Shown here one piece after another: positions 18,862-28,772 of a stretch of 64,000 nt of DNA. The notes under the pieces were generated by a model. The model worked only from the letters and a program-made list of their open reading frames with translations, made no database searches and was not told the origin of the DNA. Numbering within the stretch: the stretch's first letter is position 1; the number at the start of each line of letters is the position of its first letter. The translations under genes and the position numbers were made by a program. Origin of the DNA: Candidatus Micrarchaeota archaeon. Lineage in GTDB: Archaea; Micrarchaeota; Micrarchaeia; Micrarchaeales; CABMGC01. The stretch covers positions 15,759-79,758 of the forward strand of contig CAYQOG010000001.1 in the NCBI GenBank assembly GCA_964419095.1, given 5' to 3'.

Positions 18862-20250
18862 ATGGCAAAAGAAAAGGATCTAAGACCGATGCTCAAGCCC
18901 AGGAGCGTTGCCATAATAGGCGCATCAAGGGATCCTGATAAGGTTGGCCATGTCATACTCCAGAATTATCTCAACGAAGGATACGGCGGGAAGATATATC
19001 CGGTGAACAAGAACGCCGACGAGATACTCGGATTGAAGACCTACAAAAGCGTGCTTGACATAAAGGACCATATAGACCTCGCAGTGATAGCAGTGCCCGC
19101 AATGATAGTCCCTTCAGTGATGGAGGAATGCGGAAAGGCAAAGGTCAAGACGGCAATTGTAGTAAGCGGCGGATTCGCAGAGATAGGAAATGTTGACCTG
19201 CAAAAACAGCTGAGAGACATAGCCGACAAATACGGCATAGTCACACTCGGGCCGAACTGCCTTGGAGTAATGGACCCGAGGTCGAGAGTTGACACGCTCT
19301 TCCTTCCCACATACAAGCTGAGCAAGGCGGAGATAGGCGGAGTGAGCTTCATGGCCCAGAGCGGCGCAGTCGGAAGCACGATACTAGACCTGATCGGAGG
19401 GGAGGGGTTCGGACTCTCCAAGTTCATATCATACGGAAATGCCGCGCAGGTCGACGAAGTGGACATACTGAACTACCTGATGAACGACGAAGAGACAAAG
19501 GTCATCATTATGTACATAGAGGGGATAAAGCGCGGCAAGGAGTTCATAGAGGTAGCCAAGAAAGCCGGAGCCAAGAAACCAGTGATAGTACTCAAGGCAG
19601 GGAAGACTGCCGCAGGGACAAAGGCGGCGCATTCGCACACTGCGGCGCTCGCCGGAGATTATGAAGTGCAGGAATCTATATTCAGGCAGGCAGGATTCAT
19701 AATCGCCGAAGACCTGAGCGACCTTCTCTACTGCGCAAAGATATTCGCTTCTGAACCAGCTCCTAAAGGCCAGAACGTCGCGATTGTCACAAACGGAGGA
19801 GGCGCGGGAGTGCTTACCACCGACGCAATAGCTTCATCTGCAGTGCTCAACATAGCAGAATTTACCGATGAGTCAAAAGAGGCCCTTAGGAAGGTGATGC
19901 CGCCTCTTGTCAACATTACGAATCCGCTGGACCTTGCCGGCGACGCAGGCGAGAAGCGCTACGGAGACGCGATGGAGATACTTGAGAAAGACGAGAACAT
20001 CGACATGATAATAGTAATAATGCTATTCCAGACTCCCGGCGCAGATTCGGCATCCGCAGCGAAGATGATCGAATTCAAGGACAGGAGCGATAAGCCGATG
20101 ATAGCGATAAGCATAGGGTCGGAGTACACGCAGATGCATAAGCGCATGATGGAGAGTGCAGGCCTCCCAGTCTACGATTCTCCGGCAGACGCGGCAGAGG
20201 CGCTTGCCGCACTCTACAAATACACCATGTTCAGAAAGAGAAAGGCATGA
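18862..20250 (+). CDS. acdA: Acetate-CoA ligase (ADP-forming), alpha subunit
   Basis: CoA-binding PRSVAIIGASRDPDKVG, GPNCLG, and the phosphohistidine segment AAHSHTAALAG. Confidence 0.85.
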   Translation: MAKEKDLRPMLKPRSVAIIGASRDPDKVGHVILQNYLNEGYGGKIYPVNKNADEILGLKTYKSVLDIKDHIDLAVIAVPAMIVPSVMEECGKAKVKTAIVVSGGFAEIGNVDLQKQLRDIADKYGIVTLGPNCLGVMDPRSRVDTLFLPTYKLSKAEIGGVSFMAQSGAVGSTILDLIGGEGFGLSKFISYGNAAQVDEVDILNYLMNDEETKVIIMYIEGIKRGKEFIEVAKKAGAKKPVIVLKAGKTAAGTKAAHSHTAALAGDYEVQESIFRQAGFIIAEDLSDLLYCAKIFASEPAPKGQNVAIVTNGGGAGVLTTDAIASSAVLNIAEFTDESKEALRKVMPPLVNITNPLDLAGDAGEKRYGDAMEILEKDENIDMIIVIMLFQTPGADSASAAKMIEFKDRSDKPMIAISIGSEYTQMHKRMMESAGLPVYDSPADAAEALAALYKYTMFRKRKA

Positions 20251-20253
20251 TGT

Positions 20254-21444
20254 TCACTCAAGGAGCTGGCCAATTGCCTTCTTGACGATCTTTTCCTTGC
20301 CCTCATCAGAGCTCAATGTATCAAACAGCTCCTTTGGATTCCTGTCAAGCGCATACTTGTTCTCCCGCAGTCTCTCGGCAAAGATGCCGAGGCCGTAATC
20401 CTTTATCGATACGCCTTCCGCCAATCCGCTTCCCAGCCCTTCCGACTTCTTGGAAGCGGCCGCCTCGATGCCGCTCCTTCCCAGCTCCACAATCGCCGAG
20501 TCGCTGTATCTCTTGATTATCTCCTGCGTCTCAATCTGCATGTTCTTGAAGCCGTCCTTGACCTTCCCTGAGAGCTCTATCCTAAGTATCGGTCTGTCGT
20601 CCCCGCAATTCTTCTCGATGAGGGTCCCTATCTCCCGCTCTATCGTTGCAGGGTCCTTGCCGTCAACAGTAATTTTCAGCAATATAAAACGCCTTGATCT
20701 TATTTGGTGGAACGCGTAGTCTCCTTTCTCCGTATCGTAGACGAAGAAGCCTTTCCGCTCCTGCTCCCCCGCCTTCAGCTGCGTAAGCACAGTGCTTCCT
20801 GATATCAGGAATGGCTTGCCATGGGCCGTGGTTTCCACCTTCGCATGTATGTGCCCATTAACATACAGGTCATACCCTTTCGGCAGCTCATCGAGGGTTA
20901 TGTATTCCTTGTCAAAAGGGAGAAGCTCATAGACCGACTGGTGGAAGAAGAGCACATTGAACATTCCATCGACCGGCTTGGGATTCTCCCGCGCTACAAT
21001 TTCCCTGAATCTGTCATCGGCTATCCCCCCAAGCCCTCGGACGGCAATCTTCTCGCCCTCCTTGCCTACTATTACCGTTGCGTTTGTCGCATCCACCAGG
21101 AGCCCGGCAAGCCCGAGCAGATCGACCGCATCCTCGACTCCCTCGGCCTTCCTTTCATGCGTTCCGGGTATCGCTATTATCGGAATTGAGGTGAAGTTCC
21201 TGCCCTCCCCACTAAAATCAACCACTCCCGCCTTCCACTTCCTCTTGGAGAGTTCCCTGAAGAGGGTTATCGCCTCTGCAAGGACCTCTGGGCTCGGCTG
21301 CCTGTTGTCGAATATGTCTCCAGGGATAAGAAGCACGTCTGCGCTCTCCGCCGCAAGTGCGAGAGCCTCCTCAGCCTGCCTGTACGCGTCCTCGCGGAAT
21401 CTCTCATAGCCTAGATGGAAATCAGAGAGCAATGCGATTCTCAT
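20254..21444 (-). CDS. mre11: Mre11 DNA double-strand-break repair nuclease
   Basis: Calcineurin-like phosphoesterase motifs (MRIALLSDFHLG, GDIFD, GTHE, NGHIH). Start placed at the internal ATG 21444. Confidence 0.85.
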   Translation of the reverse strand: MRIALLSDFHLGYERFREDAYRQAEEALALAAESADVLLIPGDIFDNRQPSPEVLAEAITLFRELSKRKWKAGVVDFSGEGRNFTSIPIIAIPGTHERKAEGVEDAVDLLGLAGLLVDATNATVIVGKEGEKIAVRGLGGIADDRFREIVARENPKPVDGMFNVLFFHQSVYELLPFDKEYITLDELPKGYDLYVNGHIHAKVETTAHGKPFLISGSTVLTQLKAGEQERKGFFVYDTEKGDYAFHQIRSRRFILLKITVDGKDPATIEREIGTLIEKNCGDDRPILRIELSGKVKDGFKNMQIETQEIIKRYSDSAIVELGRSGIEAAASKKSEGLGSGLAEGVSIKDYGLGIFAERLRENKYALDRNPKELFDTLSSDEGKEKIVKKAIGQLLE

Positions 21445-21555
21445 ACAATCACGGATAGTATTGCCAAGGAAAATAGAAATACCTATGCGCGGCGCCATCT
21501 TTCCCTAAAGATATCCATAACTTCTTCTAACGAGACGAAAATTTAATAATCTTTA

Positions 21556-22020
21556 ATGCATTTTTTAATTATGGCATTCAAGCGTCATGAAAAAACCGGA
21601 GTCATTATCCCCGAGAGATTCTGGACAGTCCATTACAATGGCAAATGCATACCGAATGACGATCATGATCTATCCAAAGGGGCCAACTGCCAGCGTTTTG
21701 CGTATGCACTTCTAGCAGAGAATGGGCTTGCCCTGCCGCCCTTGCGCTCAAGCGACCTCTGGAATGACACAGAGCATACCAAACGTGTTTTAGAACTAGA
21801 GCCTCTTGACATGCTTCTATTCCATAGGGTAGAGGATGCTTATGGCGCACATATGGCAGTTTACATAGGTGAAGACCGCGCCATACACCTTTCAAAAAGG
21901 ATGGAAATCCCAGAAATTCGCGAATTGGAAAGATTTGCATCGGATCCGCAATATCGTTTTTTCATAGGCGCTAAAAGAGCACTACTTCCTCAACCGCGCA
22001 GATCAGCTCTTTGCCCTTGA
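21556..22020 (+). CDS. Cytoplasmic NlpC/P60-like (permuted-papain/LRAT-like) cysteine hydrolase
   Basis: Candidate Cys in GANCQRFAY, followed by LDMLLFH...GAHMAVYIGEDRAIHLSK (the His...His pattern of NlpC/P60). No signal peptide. Looks AT-richer than its neighbours. Confidence 0.5.
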   Translation: MHFLIMAFKRHEKTGVIIPERFWTVHYNGKCIPNDDHDLSKGANCQRFAYALLAENGLALPPLRSSDLWNDTEHTKRVLELEPLDMLLFHRVEDAYGAHMAVYIGEDRAIHLSKRMEIPEIRELERFASDPQYRFFIGAKRALLPQPRRSALCP

Positions 22021-22938
22021 AACAAGATGCTTTATCAGGATCTCAGCAAGGTCTATCTTTGTAGCCTTCCTGAACCCCTGCCATGACATTGTCGGATTGA
22101 CCTCCAGGATGAAATATCCGTCCTTGGTCTGGGCTATGTCCACCCCTGCATACTCGAGCTTCAGCCTCTCTGCAGCCTTGATGGCGATCTCGCGCATCTC
22201 CTTGTCAGGTTTCGCTGCCGAGGGGACTCCTCCCTGGGCTACATTGCTCTTCCAATCCGCGCCCTTTCTGTATTCCGCTCCTATCACATTCCCACCAACC
22301 ACAACAACCCTGAAATCCCCACCCTCCTTCTTCTTCAGGTACTCCTGGATGTATATCGGCTTGTTCATGTTCGAGAAGTAGTTAAAGACGTTCATCGCCA
22401 TGTCCGGGTCGTCCACCTTGAATACGCCGAAACCCATGGCCCCCCTCAGCGGCTTTATCACTTTCTCATGCATTTGCTTGGATGCGTTGTAAGCAGCATA
22501 CGTGTCTTCAGAAACGAAGGTCTTAGGTACCGGCAGCCCTGCCTTTGCCAGCTCTGCAAGCGCCGCGAACTTGTCGCTTGCGATCAGCCAACTATTGAGC
22601 GAGTTCATCACGAAGACGCCTTTCTGCTCTATCGCCCTGACTGACCAGAGCCTGCTTCCGAACTGCTCGTAGTCCTTTATCATGCCCAGGTGCCTCAGAA
22701 AAGCAGCATCGATTTCCACCCTGTCGAGCTTGTTCTTCTCCACTATCTGAGAAATATCTATCCTGCCCGTTTCAAGGGTGATCCCGAGCTTGTCAACGTA
22801 TACATTCACGGCCCTGTGCCCCAATGCCTTTATCGCGTGCTCCAGGTCCTCTATGTCCTGAGGGTTATAGTCTATCTCAAATGGTCTTACCAAACCAATC
22901 TTTATCGAATCACCAATCTCCTGCTGCCATATCCCCAT
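22003..22938 (-). CDS. RimK-family ATP-grasp alpha-L-glutamate ligase
   Basis: ATP-grasp motifs (KPLRGAMGFGV, IYIQEYL, GDFRVVVVGG, KSNVAQGG, GVDIAQTKDGYFILEVN). Confidence 0.75.
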   Translation of the reverse strand: MGIWQQEIGDSIKIGLVRPFEIDYNPQDIEDLEHAIKALGHRAVNVYVDKLGITLETGRIDISQIVEKNKLDRVEIDAAFLRHLGMIKDYEQFGSRLWSVRAIEQKGVFVMNSLNSWLIASDKFAALAELAKAGLPVPKTFVSEDTYAAYNASKQMHEKVIKPLRGAMGFGVFKVDDPDMAMNVFNYFSNMNKPIYIQEYLKKKEGGDFRVVVVGGNVIGAEYRKGADWKSNVAQGGVPSAAKPDKEMREIAIKAAERLKLEYAGVDIAQTKDGYFILEVNPTMSWQGFRKATKIDLAEILIKHLVSRAKS

Positions 22939-22954
22939 CTAAACGCGCAACAGC

Positions 22955-24169
22955 TCATGCTGTAGAAGTCTCGCTCTCCCTGAAGAGAGTCTTTTCTATC
23001 GTGCTCTTGATTTTCTCAGGAGGATATGCAAGCTTTATCAGTTTAGTATGGCCGCGTATTCCTTTCCCCGATTCGTATGTCTGAATCAGCCCCTGCATCT
23101 CCAGGTCTGAGATGTACTTCCTGTACCATCGCGATGACTTGGCCTCCTTATGCATCGATTCGCTTATGCCTGAATACTTGCTGTAGACCTCTCCGCTGAA
23201 TATGTATGTGTCGCTGCCTTCCGTGAGCTTCTTGTACCTGCTCCCCTGTACCGAGAGCAGCGCTATCGCGTATACGATCAGCTTCTGGTGCTCCGGCAGA
23301 GTGTTCACCAATTCATAGGCAAGCTCCTCCTCCGCATTCTTCGCAGCCTCCCTAACGGCATCGGTAGTCACCATCTGAGATCCTTTCTCGTCAGCGTACT
23401 CGCCTGCCTTGGTTATTATCATCAGTGCAAGCCTCGCATCCCCGCTTTCGTTAGCCGCCATAGCGGCAGCAAGATTTATCGCTGCAGGGTCAACCTTGTC
23501 CTTCCTGAACCCCTTCTCCGCCCTCTCCTTAAGTATTGTCGCGAGTTCCGAGGAATTGTAGGGAGGGAAGACAAGCTCCTTTTCATATAGCGTTGACCTG
23601 CTCCTGGGGTCAAGGTCCTCCTTGAACGAGATCCTGTTGGATATCCCTATTATCGCAATGCCTCCCGACTTTATGTCGCTGTTCGCCCTAGTCAGCGTGT
23701 AGACAAGGTCATCAAGGTCCTTGACTACGTCAATCTCGTCCAATACTACGATGAGTATCTTCCCATCCTCGTCTATCCAGTTTATTATCCTCTCATAGAT
23801 GTCTATTATCCCGTATCCGCGCTTCGCGTAAAGGGGCATGTGGTCGCTCGTTATCTTGTTCAGTACCCTGTACCTGGAATTGTAGATCTTGCAGTTGATG
23901 TAACTTATCCGCGCCTTCACGGTCGGCAATTCCTTTATTTTCGATATCACGTGCTTTATGCACGAAGTCTTTCCCGTTCCTGTCTTACCATATATGAACA
24001 GATTCCTTCCCCTCTCCCCTCTCAATGTCGGGGTTATCGCCTTTACGATCTCGTTTATCTGCGAGTCCCTGAAGAGGAGGCGGTTCGGTATGTAGTGCGG
24101 AGAGAGTACTTCGCGGTCCGCGAAGATCTTTGACTCCTTGAATATGCCTGCAAAAGGTTCATCCTCCAC
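22955..24169 (-). CDS. cdc6: Orc1/Cdc6 replication initiator
   Basis: AAA+ Walker A GKTGTGKTS, Walker B VVLDEID, sensor motifs, and a C-terminal winged helix. Confidence 0.92.
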   Translation of the reverse strand: MEDEPFAGIFKESKIFADREVLSPHYIPNRLLFRDSQINEIVKAITPTLRGERGRNLFIYGKTGTGKTSCIKHVISKIKELPTVKARISYINCKIYNSRYRVLNKITSDHMPLYAKRGYGIIDIYERIINWIDEDGKILIVVLDEIDVVKDLDDLVYTLTRANSDIKSGGIAIIGISNRISFKEDLDPRSRSTLYEKELVFPPYNSSELATILKERAEKGFRKDKVDPAAINLAAAMAANESGDARLALMIITKAGEYADEKGSQMVTTDAVREAAKNAEEELAYELVNTLPEHQKLIVYAIALLSVQGSRYKKLTEGSDTYIFSGEVYSKYSGISESMHKEAKSSRWYRKYISDLEMQGLIQTYESGKGIRGHTKLIKLAYPPEKIKSTIEKTLFRESETSTA

Positions 24170-24178
24170 ATAAACACC

Positions 24179-24979
24179 TCATAAACCGAGCTTCTTTACA
24201 ATGCTCTCGAACTGCGCCTTCAGCGCAACATCCGTGAGCACCGGCACGATGCCGCTATCACTTAGTGCGCTAAACTTATTATCATGATTTATTGTGCCCA
24301 GCACTTCGCATCCAAGGGCGTCGGCAACCTCCTGTGCCCCTGCCAATTTCCCGTCGGACATGTTCTCCACCACTCCTAATATCGATATGCCCATCCTCTT
24401 TATCATGCGGCCCGAGCGTATGGTATTCAGCGCAGCGGTATGCTGCGGGGTCGTGACAAGTATGAATCCATCCATGTCAAGGAGCTGCATTATCGAGAGC
24501 GGGGCGTCAGATGTTCCAGGCGCAAGGTCGAGTATCAGGTAGTCGAGCGCGCCCCAGTCGGTGTTGTCGAAGAACTCGGCTATCATCTTCGCTACCATTG
24601 GACCCCTCCATATTATCGGCTTCGTTGACTCGTCGATGAACATGGCCGTTGAGAGAACCTTCACCCCGTGCCTGTCCACGGGCTTGAGCGGGTAAACCGC
24701 TTCCTTGACACCGGTCATCCCAAGGAACATGGCTACATTGGGCGTGTCTATATCCGCATCAAGAAGCCCCACCCCGAAACCCATCGCCATAAGCGTATAG
24801 GCGAGATTCACCGCAACTGTCGTCTTTCCCACTCCGCCCTTTGCGCTATATATGCCGATCTTGTGCTTTATATTCGAGAGCTTCTCCTTTATCTGCTGCT
24901 TCTGATTGATTATCCTTGCAAACGACGGATGGAATGCCTGCGTTTTAGTAGAATCCGCTGTTTGCTCCTCCATATGCAT
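24179..24979 (-). CDS. Mrp/NBP35/ApbC-family Fe-S cluster carrier ATPase
   Basis: Deviant Walker A SAKGGVGKTTVAVNLA and DLAPGTSD. The start is uncertain (ATG at 24979 or 24973; the ORF is open to 25039). Confidence 0.85.
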   Translation of the reverse strand: MHMEEQTADSTKTQAFHPSFARIINQKQQIKEKLSNIKHKIGIYSAKGGVGKTTVAVNLAYTLMAMGFGVGLLDADIDTPNVAMFLGMTGVKEAVYPLKPVDRHGVKVLSTAMFIDESTKPIIWRGPMVAKMIAEFFDNTDWGALDYLILDLAPGTSDAPLSIMQLLDMDGFILVTTPQHTAALNTIRSGRMIKRMGISILGVVENMSDGKLAGAQEVADALGCEVLGTINHDNKFSALSDSGIVPVLTDVALKAQFESIVKKLGL

Positions 24980-25208
24980 CAACCAAGGAAATAGGCACCA
25001 TGCACCTATACTTAGAATGCGATAAATATATATCTGCATTAACGGGGAAAAGAACGTTAATTAATTTAATCCTGTGCCGCAATGGCAATATCCCGCTATA
25101 ACGAAAGTTTTATATTCTAAAAGCAATCTATATAGGGTGTAATAGAATACGAGAATAACAGGATTTCAGGCTACATGGCTTGATTTTTCATATTCTAACG
25201 GTGTAATT

Positions 25209-25904
25209 ATGTATCCAAACGTACAAGCATATGATAGGGGAGTGATGTTCAATCCTGACGGGAGGCTCTTTCAGGTAGAGTACGCCAAGGAGGCAGTAAG
25301 GAAAGGCGCAACATCGATAGGCATGATAGCGCAGGACGCAGTCATATTCGTGGCTCACAAGAACATAGTGGAGCCGCTTGCGGTGCCTACCACGATCCAA
25401 AAGGTCTTCAGGGTGGACAGCCACATAGGTGCGACATACAGCGGCATGGTTGCAGACGGATTGCACATAATAGACATGGCAAGGCAGTCATCGCAGAACC
25501 ACAAGCTCATATACGACGACATAAAGTCGGTGGAGGCCCTCGCTAAGACCATTTCGTCCTACATGATGCAGCCTACCCTATACGGAGGCATGAGGCCCTA
25601 TGCCGTTTCAATGCTCCTCGGAGGAGTGGACTCGGAACCAAGGCTCTTCGAGATAGAGCCTGGCGCGTCGTTCCTCGGATACCAGGCAGATGCCATTGGA
25701 ATGGGCAAGAAGGTCGCAACTGAGATATTAGTCAAGGAGTACAAGAAGAATATGGGCGTAGACGACGCAATAGGATTGAGCATAAGGATCCTCAAGAAGA
25801 TTAGCGAGGAAAAGCTAACGATGGACAACATAGACATAGGCTATGTAAAGTCCGGAAATGAATTTGTCCTGCTCAGCCCTGACAAGCTGGCGGACTACCT
25901 CTGA
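25209..25904 (+). CDS. psmA: Proteasome alpha subunit
   Basis: N-terminal YDRGVMFNPDGRLFQVEYAKEAVRKG signature, ~230 aa. Confidence 0.95.
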   Translation: MYPNVQAYDRGVMFNPDGRLFQVEYAKEAVRKGATSIGMIAQDAVIFVAHKNIVEPLAVPTTIQKVFRVDSHIGATYSGMVADGLHIIDMARQSSQNHKLIYDDIKSVEALAKTISSYMMQPTLYGGMRPYAVSMLLGGVDSEPRLFEIEPGASFLGYQADAIGMGKKVATEILVKEYKKNMGVDDAIGLSIRILKKISEEKLTMDNIDIGYVKSGNEFVLLSPDKLADYL

Positions 25905-25917
25905 CAGTCGTGAGGAA

Positions 25918-26598
25918 ATGTCGAAGACGGTAATAGCGAAATACACGGTGAATGGGGAAAAGTTCGAGATTTTCGTCGACGCAGATGCTGCCTTCGAGTA
26001 CATAACAGGAAAGAAGGCAAACCCTATGGCCGCGCTCCAGGCTGAAGAAGTCTTCGAGGACGCAAACAAGGGAAAGCGGCAGAGCCAGGAGAAGATAAGG
26101 AAGGCTTTCAACACCGAGGACATCGCCAAGGTAACAGAGATCATACTGAAGCGCGGAAACGTGCCCATAACAACCGAACAGAAGGCAAAGATGGCAGAGG
26201 ACAAGAGGAAGCAGATCGTGAACATCATAGCAAGGAACTCCGTTGACCCAAGGACAAATGCCCCGCACCCGGAGCAGAGGATAGAGAACGCCATGCACGA
26301 AGCCAAGATCACCATTGACCCGTTCAAGAACGCGAACGAGCAGATAGAGGAGATACTGAAGAAGATAAACATGATACTCCCAATAAAGTTCGCAACGGCA
26401 AAGATAGAGGTCGTCATACCTGTCGCATACGCGAACAGGTGCTACGGCCTTCTCAAGCAATATGGAATGAAATCGGAATCATGGCAGAGCGACGGATCCC
26501 TCAAGGCCACTGTAGAGTTCCCCGCAGGGCTGAAGACCGAGTTCTTCGACAAGCTCAACAACCTGACAAAAGGCTCTGCGACAACGACAGCAATGTGA
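25918..26598 (+). CDS. sdo1: SBDS-family ribosome maturation protein
   Basis: N-terminal FYSH-like VIAKYTVNGEKFEIFVDADAAFEY. Size and position between psmA and rrp4 fit. Start at the internal ATG 25918. Confidence 0.85.
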   Translation: MSKTVIAKYTVNGEKFEIFVDADAAFEYITGKKANPMAALQAEEVFEDANKGKRQSQEKIRKAFNTEDIAKVTEIILKRGNVPITTEQKAKMAEDKRKQIVNIIARNSVDPRTNAPHPEQRIENAMHEAKITIDPFKNANEQIEEILKKINMILPIKFATAKIEVVIPVAYANRCYGLLKQYGMKSESWQSDGSLKATVEFPAGLKTEFFDKLNNLTKGSATTTAM

Positions 26599-26610
26599 AA
26601 AGGTGAAATA

Positions 26611-27210
26611 ATGCAAAGAATAGTAGTACCTGGAGAAAAACTGGAAGACAAGCCATTGAGAATAGACGAGGCGTTCATAGACGACGGCAAGACATACTCC
26701 ACGATAATGAGCATGTACGATGACGAGAAGAAGATACTCATTCCATTGGAAGGGTTGTGGTATCCGCGCGCCGGAGACAATGTCGTAGGCGTTGTGCAGG
26801 AGGACAAATTCAACGTGCTGATAATAGACCTTGATTCCCCCTTCAGAGGGCTCATCTTCGCAAAGGATGCGAACGAAGACCTCGCCGCAGGGGACATAAT
26901 CGAGGCGAGCTGCAAGGAACTGGACAAGACAAAGACGGTCATACTGGGAAGGCCGCGAAAACTCGCGGGGGGAATGATAATCTACGTAAAGCCTTCGAAG
27001 GTTGGCAGGATTCTCGGCAAGGGCAACTCGATGATAAGACAGCTCACACAGGATACAGGCACCCAGATAACCGTCGGAATGAACGGGCTGATCTGGCTCA
27101 AGGGCGGGAAGATAGACCTCTGCACCGAAGCTATACTCATGATACAGCAGGAAGCGCACACGAGCGGACTCACCGACAGGATAAAGGGACTGCTCGAGAT
27201 GGGCAAGTAA
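26611..27210 (+). CDS. rrp4: Exosome complex RNA-binding subunit Rrp4 (S1 + KH), short form
   Basis: VVPGEKL N-terminus, S1 (PRAGDNVVGVV), KH (GRILGKGNSMIRQLTQDTGTQITVGMNGLIW). Confidence 0.85.
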   Translation: MQRIVVPGEKLEDKPLRIDEAFIDDGKTYSTIMSMYDDEKKILIPLEGLWYPRAGDNVVGVVQEDKFNVLIIDLDSPFRGLIFAKDANEDLAAGDIIEASCKELDKTKTVILGRPRKLAGGMIIYVKPSKVGRILGKGNSMIRQLTQDTGTQITVGMNGLIWLKGGKIDLCTEAILMIQQEAHTSGLTDRIKGLLEMGK

Positions 27211-27222
27211 TTAAGTGATGAA

Positions 27223-27984
27223 ATGGGAGGAGGAAAAGACAAACCGGAATTGATAATAAACGGAAAGAGGACCGACGGCAGGATGCCCGATGAACTGCGC
27301 AAGATAAAGATAGAGGCGGGAATACTGAAGAACGCTGCAGGTTCTGCGTACATAGAATGGGGCAACAACAGGATAATAGCCGCAGTCTACGGCCCGAGCG
27401 AGGCGCTGCCAAAGCACACCCAGGATCCTGAGAGGGCCGTGGTAAAGTGCAGATACCAGATGGCGCCTTTCTCATCCCTTGAGGAGCACGGAAGGACAGG
27501 GCCTAACAGGCGCGCAATAGAGATATCGAAGGTAACGAAGGAGGTATTCGAGAACGTCATAATAAGGGAGAATTTTCCGGGCAGCGAGATAAGCATATAT
27601 GTGGAAGTGCTCCAATCCGACGGCGGCACAAGGGCCGCGGGAATAACCGCAGCGGCAGTTGCGCTTGCATGCTCCGGAATACCAATCACTGACATACCTT
27701 ATGCGGTATCGATAGGGAAGGTAGGAGAGCAGCTGGTCATCGACCTCAACAAGCTCGAGGACAACTACTCCGATTCAGACGTTCCTATAGCCATGAGCCC
27801 GAGGAACGACAAGATACTCCTGCTCCAAATGGACGGCACGATGTCAAAGGAGGAGATGTCCAAGGCCATGAAGATGGCAAAGGATGCGGGAGCAATAATA
27901 TCAAAGCTCCAGTCCGACGCACTGAGGACGCCATATCTCAAAATAAGCGAGAAATACAAGGGCGGGACTGGAATAGAGGCATGA
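27223..27984 (+). CDS. rrp41: Exosome complex exonuclease Rrp41 (RNase PH domain)
   Basis: RTDGRMPDELR, GSAYIEWGNNRIIAAVYGP, SDGGTRAAGITAA. Confidence 0.9.
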   Translation: MGGGKDKPELIINGKRTDGRMPDELRKIKIEAGILKNAAGSAYIEWGNNRIIAAVYGPSEALPKHTQDPERAVVKCRYQMAPFSSLEEHGRTGPNRRAIEISKVTKEVFENVIIRENFPGSEISIYVEVLQSDGGTRAAGITAAAVALACSGIPITDIPYAVSIGKVGEQLVIDLNKLEDNYSDSDVPIAMSPRNDKILLLQMDGTMSKEEMSKAMKMAKDAGAIISKLQSDALRTPYLKISEKYKGGTGIEA

Positions 27985-27988
27985 TTTC

Positions 27989-28771
27989 ATGAAGACAACG
28001 ATAACGGGAGAATACATCAAGGAACTGCTTGGAAAGGATTTCAGGGAGGATGGACGTAAGCTTTTCGAGTACAGGCCGATAAGCATAATCCGTGGCAACC
28101 TGCCCCAGGCAGAGGGCTCCTCAGAAGTGAACATAGGCAACACGAAGGTAATATGCGGAGTGAAGATCTCTGCAGGAACTCCAATGCCGGACAAGCCCGG
28201 CGAGGGAAATCTCATCACGGGAGCAGAGCTGCTTCCCCTGGCAGCTGAGGAATTTGATGTCGGCCCTCCTACGCCCGAGGCGATAGAGCTCGCAAGGGTG
28301 ACAGACAGGGGCATCAGGGCTGCAGGAGTAATAGACCTTCCGAAGCTCTTCATAAATGAGGAGAAAGTATGGGACGTCTTCGTGGATATCTACGTGCTTA
28401 ATTACGACGGCAATCTCTTCGATGCAAGCACTCTTGCTGCGATGACAGCGCTCAAGAGTGCAAGGATGCCGAAGTATGAGGACGAGAAGGTCATAAGGGA
28501 AGGCAACCTCGGAAAGCTCCCCACTGCAAACATGGTGACATCGAGCACGTTCGCGACGATATCCAACAAGCTCGCGCTCGATCCGAGCGGGAACGAGGAG
28601 CTCTTCATGGACGCAAGGATCACCATAGCAACCGACGAGAGCAACGTAAGGGCGATGCAGAAGGGCCGCAGCGGCGGATTCACGATAAAGGAAGTAGACC
28701 AGCTAATTGAGGCATCACTCGATAAGGGCAAGACGCTTAGGCAACTGGTCAACAAGGCGCTGGGTGAATGA
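27989..28771 (+). CDS. rrp42: Exosome complex subunit Rrp42 (RNase PH-like)
   Basis: REDGRKLFEYRPI, GSSEVNIGNTKVICGVK, YVLNYDGNLFDAS. Confidence 0.88.
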   Translation: MKTTITGEYIKELLGKDFREDGRKLFEYRPISIIRGNLPQAEGSSEVNIGNTKVICGVKISAGTPMPDKPGEGNLITGAELLPLAAEEFDVGPPTPEAIELARVTDRGIRAAGVIDLPKLFINEEKVWDVFVDIYVLNYDGNLFDASTLAAMTALKSARMPKYEDEKVIREGNLGKLPTANMVTSSTFATISNKLALDPSGNEELFMDARITIATDESNVRAMQKGRSGGFTIKEVDQLIEASLDKGKTLRQLVNKALGE

Positions 28772-28772
28772 T

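Noticed and set aside
22938-25208. Looked for a replication origin (ORB/mini-ORB repeats, AT-rich DUE) next to orc1/cdc6.
   Set aside because: cdc6 is packed between rimK (16-nt gap) and mrp (9-nt gap). The nearest intergenic region (about 24980-25208) shows only two ATATTCTAA copies that fit TATA-like promoter elements, with no convincing inverted ORB repeats visible by eye. An origin could lie elsewhere. Z-curve or repeat analysis would be needed.
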